From: a virus
Taxonomy: Duplodnaviria; Caudoviricetes
Reading direction: 5' to 3' (one strand)
DNA: 64,000 nucleotides
IMG/VR virus record: IMGVR_UViG_3300011116_001229
Below the pieces are notes generated by a model. The model had not been told where the DNA came from and made no database searches. It saw nothing but the letters and a program-made list of their open reading frames with translations. Both the position numbers and the translations under genes were made by a program. Shown here piece after piece: positions 55,031-63,700 of this stretch (within the stretch, counting starts at the first letter, position 1; each line of letters opens with the position of its first letter).

Positions 55031-56011
55031 ATGCCCATTAATAAAGACCTACAGCCGATTGAACTACCCATGGAATTAAAGTTCGGACGACCTGTTCGCA
55101 CCAAGTTCCATAATAATATTGATGCACTAAAGATTGAGCTCGTCGACCATCCTGCGCGTCAACAAGCATGGAACGTCGCTTGGCATTATGTTAAGGCAAC
55201 TTGGGCAGATAGACCTGACATCTCGCCTGAGTCTGTATCGCATCGAGAACTTTCTAAAAACCTGGAAGATGTTTTCGGAGGCCGCACTCTGCCAGCGCCC
55301 ATGGAATGTCTTGGCTTCACATTTAGATTAAGTGGTATGTCTTTTCAAGAGGTGACTCATATTATCAGACATCGTGCAGGAACTTTTGCTGCACAATGCA
55401 CAGGCGATCGTGACCTCCGAGATGATGATGCAGTAATTCCAGAACCCGTAGAGAATTCACCTGAGTTCTTAGCGCGCTGGAAGAAGATTGTGGAAGATTC
55501 CAAGCAACTCTATGCTGATATGACTGATTCAAAGGTTGTGTCCATGATGGACGCACGTTTGATTCTACCAAAGTGCATGACGTCTTTCTACTACATGCGA
55601 CTTCCTCTCAAGGAGCTAATTGGCTTCATCTATCAACGTCAGGATAGGCAGATTCAGACGTCAGCTGATAATATTCTGGCAGCACGCATGGCAGTTGAGG
55701 TGGCTAAGGTCATTCCTGAGTTCACTACGCTAGTTGATTTCAACAAGCCTGACATGCACTACATCAAGACCTTCCGCGTGAAGGAAGGTGATAAGTTCGT
55801 GTCTCGCGGAACGAACCTCTATTGGCCGGAACCCAAGAACGACAAGTTTGAGTTCCACCCAGATGACACTATCTACCAGGCTCGCCGTGAAGAGCTCAAC
55901 GGCACGCATGGTGATGGCCCACAGCGAAAGTTTGTAGCTGCCTGGGATTCTGCAGTGTCCGAGTTTGAGAGTATTAAAAAGCAACACAATGATTGGAAGG
56001 AAGGTAAATAA
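55031..56011 (+). CDS. Divergent ThyX-fold flavoprotein (second paralog)
   Basis: FTFRLSGMS...IIRHRAGTFAAQCTGDR...MDARLILP; the RHR-x7-S signature has Cys in place of Ser. Confidence 0.7.
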   Translation: MPINKDLQPIELPMELKFGRPVRTKFHNNIDALKIELVDHPARQQAWNVAWHYVKATWADRPDISPESVSHRELSKNLEDVFGGRTLPAPMECLGFTFRLSGMSFQEVTHIIRHRAGTFAAQCTGDRDLRDDDAVIPEPVENSPEFLARWKKIVEDSKQLYADMTDSKVVSMMDARLILPKCMTSFYYMRLPLKELIGFIYQRQDRQIQTSADNILAARMAVEVAKVIPEFTTLVDFNKPDMHYIKTFRVKEGDKFVSRGTNLYWPEPKNDKFEFHPDDTIYQARREELNGTHGDGPQRKFVAAWDSAVSEFESIKKQHNDWKEGK

Positions 56012-56053
56012 AGTAATTAAGTACTTTTGTACCTGACGGAGATAAGTATAGCC

Positions 56054-56233
56054 ATGAAACAATCGAAGATCTCGGTCGATGAAGAGACCCATAAATTGCT
56101 GAAGATATACTGTGCTCAGCACGGTCTGATTATGAGTCAGTTCACCGCCGAGATCATTCGAGAGAGGATTGGCAATGAAAGAGAAGATCTGCGCACAATG
56201 CGAAAAGAAATTTGTGCCAAAGAATCCATTTAG
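56054..56233 (+). CDS. Small ribbon-helix-helix-type DNA-binding protein
   Basis: KISVDEETHKLLKIYCAQHGLIMSQFTAEII has the strand-helix-helix pattern. Confidence 0.6.
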   Translation: MKQSKISVDEETHKLLKIYCAQHGLIMSQFTAEIIRERIGNEREDLRTMRKEICAKESI

Positions 56234-57068
56234 TAATAAGTCTGGTTTCTTCTTTTGCTCGAAAGAGTGCACTTATCTTGCTCAGAAGAAGGGCGGTGTC
56301 ACATATGAGCTCCGTCGAAAGAGGTCACTAGAGAAGCACGGCACCGACTTTCCAATGTCTTGCCCTGAGATAAAGAATAAGCGCAGCAACAACAACATAA
56401 AAAAGTACGGTGTTGCCAGCACGTTTGAACTTGATTCAGTCAAAGAGAAGTCAAAAAAGACTTCACGTGAGAAATATGGGGTTGATGTTTACTCACAAAC
56501 AACAGAATTCAAGTCCAAGATCGAAGAGACAAATCTAAAGAGATTCGGACATAAGTCTCCGATAGAAAATCCCAACATTCTAGAACGACGACGGCAGACA
56601 ATGATCGACAGATGGGGAGGTCCATCAACTTTCGAATCACCTGTTCTACGAGCTCGCGCTGAAGATACCTGTATTGAAAAGTTCGGAGTTCATAATATTG
56701 TCTTATCGCCGACGTTTATCTCTTCTTCCATGGATAAGAAACTGCTCAAATCACATGGAAAAACTTGGCAGCAGTACATCGATGACCTACCTGAATTTCA
56801 GGATTATCGAAGAAAAGTCGATCACTTTACACGCATGCAGCCGATCGAACAGCTAGCCAATCATGATAAACGTGGTGAATATCATCTCGATCACAAGTTT
56901 TCAGTCGCTGAAGGGTTTAGACAAGGTCTACCACCCGAGGTGATAGGTCACATTGTGAATCTGGAATTCATACCGGCTGCAGAAAATCTTCGAAAACAGT
57001 CAAGTTGTTCAATTGACAAAGACGCATTACTATCAGAATACTCAACTAGAAAGGTAAATCAAAGATGA
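56175..57068 (+). mobile_element. Putative HNH homing endonuclease with (E/K)K(Y/F)G repeats
   Basis: CAQC...CSKEC; repeats EKHG, KKYG, EKYG, KRFG, DRWG, EKFG; C-terminal YHLDHKFS...NLEFIPAAENLRK. Confidence 0.7.
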
Positions 57069-57520
57069 ATCGAAAAAAGATGTATCTCGCAAGCGGATGG
57101 TTCAACCCTACACAGGAAGCAGAGCTCACGAGGCTCGAGCAGATTATGGAAGCACGTAAGGACTGGATCGATATGGCTTCACCACGTAGGATCTTCATCT
57201 GTCCACCTAATGCATCTCGTGAAGTACAAGATGCAACCTATCAGGGTAATCTTAAACACATCCGCGAGGCTGACTTCCTCGTTGTGAACACCCGCGACAA
57301 GGATCTCGGTACGATCATGGAATGTGGTTATGCTACAGCCTTTGACAAGCATATCATCTACTTCTGTGCAGGACTTCCCCCCGGAGCAAAATTTAATCTT
57401 ATGCTTTCAAGATCGGGTGCATTCGTGGCTACTTCGTTCGAACAACTCGAAGACTACCTCGATCGGTGCAAGTCTGCAGGCGAGATGCTTTACGAACCGT
57501 ACGACAAGGAAATTGAGTGA
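57065..57520 (+). CDS. Nucleoside 2-deoxyribosyltransferase / nucleotide N-glycosidase family
   Basis: MYLASGWFN...ADFLVVN..DKDLGTIMECGYA matches the NDT Y..A...F / D.GT..E.G.A pattern. Confidence 0.8.
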   Translation: MNRKKMYLASGWFNPTQEAELTRLEQIMEARKDWIDMASPRRIFICPPNASREVQDATYQGNLKHIREADFLVVNTRDKDLGTIMECGYATAFDKHIIYFCAGLPPGAKFNLMLSRSGAFVATSFEQLEDYLDRCKSAGEMLYEPYDKEIE

Positions 57521-57580
57521 CTTAAAGTGAAAATGAAGAGAGGCGCTATAAAATTGGCGTCTCCTTCATAATTAAGTGTT

Positions 57581-58342
57581 ATGTTAATCAAGCTTTCACA
57601 ACTTCGTAAAATTATTAGAGAAGAGCTTTCACGTACTTTGAGTGAAGACGCATCTGATTTAAGCGCAGCAGAACCAAGCGAAATGGTAAAAAATCTAGCT
57701 GGGAAAACAGGATTGGGTCCTTTCTCTTACGGCCCTATCTCTTTAAGAAATTTAATGGCAAAAGTTGAATCAACAGGAGATATATCGCTGTTAGATAACT
57801 GGGACAAAGTAGTTGCTGCAGCGTATGAAACAGAGAAAGAAATAAAGCGAATAAGAAACACTCCTACTTATGAGATCACTGATGCGCAGGGAAATAAACA
57901 AGTTCGACCCAGATCTCCTGGTTCAATTTTAAATACTGAGAGTAGAAAAGCAGCTGAAGATGCAGCAGCTGAACAGGGCCTCGAAGGAGAAGTTGCCGGT
58001 CGAGATTATGCAGCATATGTTTCAACACTTGTCGATAGCATGAAGAACTTTAAACAGGTTCCGCCTATAAGAGCTGATATCCTCGCTGCTCTTGAATTTC
58101 GCAAACAAAAGAAAGAAGCTCACGAGAATAGAGAGGCTTCACCCGAAGATATAAAGAAGCTTAGAAATCTTTTAGCATCCCACGATTGGTACTACGAGAG
58201 AGCTGAAGGTCTTCAGCCGTCTTATACTAAGGGTGCTGCTCAAGCCGAAGAGATTAAGCTCCTTGTCAATAAAATGGGCAAAACAGGTAGAGATATGTAC
58301 AACGCTGCCGCAGCAAAAGCATTCCCAAAGGGTGCGACTTGA
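57581..58342 (+). CDS. Hypothetical protein with LRKIIREE leader
   Basis: MLIKLSQLRKIIREELSRTLSE; ATAATTA 6 nt before the ATG. Confidence 0.6.
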   Translation: MLIKLSQLRKIIREELSRTLSEDASDLSAAEPSEMVKNLAGKTGLGPFSYGPISLRNLMAKVESTGDISLLDNWDKVVAAAYETEKEIKRIRNTPTYEITDAQGNKQVRPRSPGSILNTESRKAAEDAAAEQGLEGEVAGRDYAAYVSTLVDSMKNFKQVPPIRADILAALEFRKQKKEAHENREASPEDIKKLRNLLASHDWYYERAEGLQPSYTKGAAQAEEIKLLVNKMGKTGRDMYNAAAAKAFPKGAT

Positions 58343-58405
58343 TCTAAGCGAGATGATTAAAATCTTCTTTGCAGTTATATTTAAAGACATCATTTGGAGA
58401 AAAAC

Positions 58406-58684
58406 ATGAAATTGACATCATCACAGCTTCGCAAGATCATCTCAGAAGAGGTCTCAAAGGTTGTCACCGAGCAAGGATTAACACCAGGCAGACTTGCGCT
58501 AGGATCACTTGCAGATATTTCTGAAATAGAAAAAGCAAAAGCTGCTTTAGACTCTTTTCGTATGCACATAGAGAAGAATGCTATCGCCGAGGGGCATGAC
58601 AGTGAAGAAGCAGAAGACTTCGCGCGCGACGGATTGGGCGAGATGTTTCAAGAATTCATGCAAAGCATTGGATACAGGATGTGA
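58406..58684 (+). CDS. Hypothetical protein with LRKIISEE leader
   Basis: MKLTSSQLRKIISEEVSKVVTE; GGAG SD; ATATTTA at 58377-58383. Confidence 0.6.
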   Translation: MKLTSSQLRKIISEEVSKVVTEQGLTPGRLALGSLADISEIEKAKAALDSFRMHIEKNAIAEGHDSEEAEDFARDGLGEMFQEFMQSIGYRM

Positions 58685-58724
58685 TTTTTAGTTTGTAATT
58701 CGTTCTTAAAATCTCGAGATGTAT

Positions 58725-58764
58725 AAAAAGCGACCTTGTATTTGGTCGCTTTTTTTGTTATAAT
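58725..58764 (+). promoter_or_regulatory. Bidirectional terminator overlapping a sigma70-like promoter
   Basis: AAAAAGCGACC-N8-GGTCGCTTTTTT hairpin; TTGTAT(58736)-N17-TATAAT(58759) with an extended -10 TG. Confidence 0.65.
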
Positions 58765-58783
58765 GGTCTGCATCGGAGGAAAC

Positions 58784-59776
58784 ATGCGTTTTTACATCAC
58801 AGGTGGTGCAGGTTTTATTGCTAGACATTTGAAGAAGAATCTGATTGTTAGAGGGCATTCGATTCTCTCGGACGCCGATCTGATCGGTGATGGCATGCTT
58901 ACCTTGCCCAAGACGGGTGAAGTCTGTGTGCATCGCAATTCAGAAGACGCTTGGACAAGAGCTTTTGAAAAATACGGCGTTGATGTTGTTGTGCACAATG
59001 CAGCTGTGGTGGGAACAGACGTGGTTGCTCTCAATCCCGCAGAAGCGACTCTGAGCAACGTGCACGGTTCTTACAATATTGTTAGAGCAGCTAACGCAAC
59101 TGGTGCCGGCGTGTGCTACATGGGTACCACCGTGATTTATGACACGCCTTCCTACCAGAACCAGCAAATTTTTGAAGATTCTGTCAGAAAACCACTTACG
59201 TACTACGGCGTACAGAAGCTTGCAGGTGAACAGATCATCACCAGCATGGCAAAACGCTGGTCTGTGGTGCGTCCTCTCTTCGCTTTTGGTGACGAGGGTG
59301 ACATGAATTCACTCATCGCCAAGAGTATCTATGCATCCTTGCAGAACAAAGATTCTGTTGACATCTTCTTAGACCCCGCGAAGATCAAGGATTATCTCCA
59401 CGTGTCCGATTACTGTGAAGCCGTGTCGATGATCTGTGAGAGCAAGGATGGTTGGGGTACTGATTTTAACGTCGCAGCTGAGACACCTCACACCGCCGCA
59501 GAGATCATGAATCTTGTTTCTCGTGTTGTCGGGAAAAACGTAGAAAAAATCGTCCGCTGGTATCCAAAGACTGATTATCTCGGAAACCACAGACTGTCAT
59601 CTGCCAAGGTCAGAAAGCAAATTGGCTGGTCTCCGAAGCTTGACTTGGAGGGCGGCGTCAAGGCGACTTACGATTGGATTTCTTCAAATTCATCTAAGAA
59701 CTATAACCCTCTGAAGTATCTCGATGAAGCTAAGTCGAAAGGTACAGATCTACTGCAACATTTCCCTAAAGTTTGA
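58784..59776 (+). CDS. NAD-dependent epimerase/dehydratase (extended SDR, nucleotide-sugar type)
   Basis: GGAGFIA, HNAAVVG, YGVQK (YxxxK), DYLHVSD; ATG 58784 after GGAGG. Confidence 0.85.
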   Translation: MRFYITGGAGFIARHLKKNLIVRGHSILSDADLIGDGMLTLPKTGEVCVHRNSEDAWTRAFEKYGVDVVVHNAAVVGTDVVALNPAEATLSNVHGSYNIVRAANATGAGVCYMGTTVIYDTPSYQNQQIFEDSVRKPLTYYGVQKLAGEQIITSMAKRWSVVRPLFAFGDEGDMNSLIAKSIYASLQNKDSVDIFLDPAKIKDYLHVSDYCEAVSMICESKDGWGTDFNVAAETPHTAAEIMNLVSRVVGKNVEKIVRWYPKTDYLGNHRLSSAKVRKQIGWSPKLDLEGGVKATYDWISSNSSKNYNPLKYLDEAKSKGTDLLQHFPKV

Positions 59777-59878
59777 CGTGTAAATAACTAGTATGTGTGT
59801 GATGTTCTCCATATTTATAATGAGTCTCGAGAAAAGATACGGCCTTGTGCCGTAACTATTTGACCACCGGAGGAAACA

Positions 59879-60772
59879 ATGGAGAGTAAATGTGAAGTTT
59901 GCGGAATTAGCATAGAATCAAAACCAAGACTACGTACTTGTTCAAAAAAATGCGGTTACGTGTTGAGAAGTCGTACTAGAAATATAAAACATGAGCCTGT
60001 TGAAAAGATATGTCTCGACTGCGAGTGTAATTTTCAAGATACTTCAAAAAAGAAGTTAGTCGTTAGATGCAAACCATGCATAAACAATTCCATGGTTGCT
60101 ACACGTTACGCAAGAGGAAGCTATGAGCGCTCAGAAGAGCAGAACGAGAAATTGTCTATTACGCTTAAGACAAAGTACGAATCAGGATGGAACCCTAACA
60201 CTGAAGAGCATCGAGAAAAATTATCCGAGGGAATGAAGGCTCGCTGGCAAGATGGTTCAATGAGAAAGAAGTCGGTTGCAACAACGCTTGAAAAGTATGG
60301 AGTTGAGCACTGGGCGCAGTCTGAAGAAGGAAAGACAGTGCTATCACAGAGGTCAAGAGGCAGAAAATTTTCTGATGAAACTCGTAAAAATATGAGTCAA
60401 GGCGCTGCAAGGCGCATTAGAGAGAATAATAATCATTATGAACGAGGTAATGGAGGTTTTAGAGAAGACCTCGGACACTATGTACGGAGTAACTGGGAAG
60501 CTAATTTTGCTAGAATATTAAAAATTCAAGGAAAGTCTTACGAATACGAACCTAAGACATTTCAAATTGCTGAGGATAAAACGTATACACCCGATTTTCT
60601 TGTCGATGGTATTTTCTACGAAGTTAAAGGCTATTGGACCGAAAAATCGAAACTTAAATTAGAATCATTTGTAAAAATATATCCCGAAATAGAATTGCAA
60701 ATCATCGACGGCACAAAGTACAATGAGCTTAGAGAAGCTTACCAAGATCTAATTCACTGGGAAGGCAAATAA
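59879..60772 (+). mobile_element. Free-standing putative homing endonuclease (Zn-binding N-terminus, NUMOD3-like repeats, PD-(D/E)xK domain)
   Basis: CEVC...CSKKC; HREKLSEGM and ETRKNMS repeats; VRSNWEANFA...YEYEP...YTPDF...YEVKGY. Confidence 0.75.
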
Positions 60773-60775
60773 TAA

Positions 60776-63700
60776 ATGAACAGCACAAAGGAGAAGAGCT
60801 ACTTGAAGCTTGAGTCCGTGCGACCTCCTACTCGGTTTGTGGGGTTTCACGCGCACTCAGGCTTCTCGTAAAGTTACGACATTTGACGGTTTGGGTTACC
60901 CTGCAGATCACATTGCCTTTGTCACCTCTGAGTCACAAGGCATGGATGCCTGGGCACTGACAGATCACGGCAATGGCAACGGACTTGCACACGCACATTC
61001 TGCTGCCAAGAAGATTCAGAAGAAAGGTGTGAAGTATCGACAGCTCTACGGCGTGGAGTTCTACTTCGTTCCTTCACTTTCGCAGTGGCGTATCGATTAC
61101 GAGGCCCACAAGCAATCAGTCAAGGACGCGAAGTCTGCAGCTGAGGCTGAGAAGAAAGCAAAGATTCGAACTGACATCGACGCTGACGAGGCAGCAGAGG
61201 AAGAGGAGGCCGGTGGCCACGTCGTGGAGGATGAGGCAGAGACGAAGGCCGACGACTACAAGGAGAAGCCTGACTGGCAGCGTCGTTACCACCTCGTGGC
61301 AGTGGCGCAGTCAGCTGAGGGGCTCGCGAACATCAACCGTCTCGTCAAGGCATCATTTAAAGACGGATTCTACCGTTATCCACGCATCGACTTCGACCTC
61401 CTCAGAAAGTGGGGCAAAGGGATCGTGTGGTCGAGCGCCTGCCTCGGCGGAACAATGGCGGGTACAATTCTACGAGGCGTAGCACATAATAGAACTTCTG
61501 AGCAAATTATTGCTGATCTTGAAGTTCTCACAGGTCAGTTCGTCGAAGCAGTCGGCCAAGAGAACTTCTTCCTCGAACTGCAATTCAATAAGCTCGAGAA
61601 ACAACACACCGTAAACAAGTACCTCATCGACCTGTCTCGAAAGACCGGTGTGAAGCTGCTGGCCACATGCGACTCTCACTATCCAGATCCCTCCAAGTGG
61701 CAGGCCCGTGAGCTCTACAAGAAGCTGGGCTGGATGGGCACGAAGCTAGACGAGCAAGCACTACCGAAGTTCGAGGACCTGAAGTGCGAGCTGTATCCCA
61801 AGAACGCTACCCAGATGTGGGACGAGTTCAAGAAGTCCTACGAACAGTACGACTTCTACAAGGGTTCCGAGGAGGAAGTTCGTGACGCGATCGAGCGGAC
61901 TCACGACGTCGCTTGGCAGCATTGCGAGGACACTTGGGTCGATGTGAAACCAAAGCTGCCCAAGGTCGACACACCAGAAAAAACAGCATTCCAGCAGCTC
62001 ACTGAGCTTGTTAAAGAAGGTCTTACCCGCGAAGGTCTTGCTGATAAGCCTGAGTATGTCGATCGAGCTAAATATGAGCTCGGAGACATCAAATATCTGA
62101 ATTGTGCTTCTTACTTCATTACGATGTATAAAGTGTTCAATCTTGCGAAGGAGAAGACGCTCTTTGGAAGCGGCCGCGGGAGTGGTGCGGGATCGCTCGT
62201 CAACTTCCTGTTAGGCATCACGCAGATCGATCCGATACCATACGGTTTGCTTTGGAGCAGATTTTTAGGACGACACCGAGTGAGCTTTCCGGATATCGAT
62301 ACAGACGCAGGTGACAGGGATGTCCTTATCGATGCGGCACGAACTCTGTTCGGCGATGACGCCGTGATCCCGGTGTCCAACTTCAACACCCTGAAGCTCA
62401 AGTCCCTCGTCAAGGACATCGCCAAGATCTACGGCGTGCCCTTCGAGGAGGTGAACGAGATGACCGGCCCTCTCCAGGACGAGGTGATGCCGCTGGCTCG
62501 AGACGAGGACCAGGAGAAGTCGGTCTTCGTGCTGAAGCATGAGGACTGCATGAAGTACTCGCCGAAGTACACGGCCTTCATGGAGAAGTATCCTGACGTT
62601 GCTGCACACGTCGAGACACTGTTCATGCAGAACAGGTCCATCGGAAGGCATGCAGGAGGCGTACTCTTAGCAGATCCTGAAGATCTTGCTGCAAACATGC
62701 CTATCATTGGCGTCAGAGGCGAGCTGCAGACACCGTGGACAGAGGGTATGAACTTCCGCAATCTGGAGGATAACGGCTTCTTGAAGTTTGACTTCCTAGG
62801 TCTCACGCTTCTCAAAGATGTCGAGAACTGCATTAGACGCATTCTCATCAAGAATGGCAATCTTGATCCTACCTTCCTGGACATTAGAGGCTTCTTCGAC
62901 AAGCATCTAAACTGTCGATACGTGAAGCAGGACGATCCTGCTGTGTGGAAGCATGTCTACCAGGACGGCTCGTTTGTGTCAGTCTTCCAGATGACTGCAG
63001 AGGGTGCTCGGAAGTTCTGCAAGGCAGTTAAACCGACGAAGATCGAAGACCTCACAGCTATTACAGCGATCTACCGCCCTGGGCCTCTCAAAGCAAACGT
63101 GCACAACCTCTTTGTCGAAGCTAGAAAGCTTGACAAGATCAATTACCCACACCCAATCATCGAGCAAGTCCTTGGACCTACGAAAAATTTCGTTGTGTAT
63201 CAGGAACAATTTATGTTGTTAGCAGAAAAACTAGGTGGCTTTACACCTGGTGAAGCTGATCAGCTGCGCAAGACGCTAGTTAAGAAGTCGCTTGACACGC
63301 TGGACAAAAAGTCATCAGAGAAGGAGCTTGCTAAGCAGAAGTTTATTGAGGGTGCTCAGCGACTTCACGGAGTTCCTCCAGAAGTGACCGAGCCTCTTTG
63401 GCAAACAATTGACAACATGAGCGTCTATTGTTTCAATAAATCCCACAGTTTAGCATATGCTATCGATTCCTACTATGCAGCATGGCTTCATACACACTAC
63501 GAGAAAGAGTGGCTGGCAACTGCACTTCAATCAGCTTCCAGCAACCCAAAAGAACTTGCGAAGACGATCTCCGAGATCAAGGCGTTAGGCTTCAAGTTCT
63601 CGAAGCACGACATCAACTACTCGGGCAAGGAGTGGCAGTTCTCTGAGGAGGCCGATGCTTTCGTGCCGCCTCTCGGTTCAGTGAAGGGAATTGGATCTGC

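Larger units (their letters stand above)
477..59817. promoter_or_regulatory. Dispersed ATAnTTA motif, candidate phage late promoter
   Basis: Intergenic copies at 477, 2811, 5963, 9066, 12342, 12900, 15142(-), 32571, 35642, 44674, 46467, 49121, 49359, 53586(-), 57568, 58377 and 59811. Confidence 0.6.

Noticed and set aside
60860-60885. Self-splicing group I/II intron in dnaE
   Set aside because: Ten nucleotides cannot form a ribozyme, and the boundaries do not fit U|...G or GUGYG...AY. It could at most be a remnant or a collapsed assembly.
61213-63222. Short ORFs listed over the dnaE region
   Set aside because: These are alternative-frame shadows. The true dnaE frame is missing from the track only because it has no stop before the window end.
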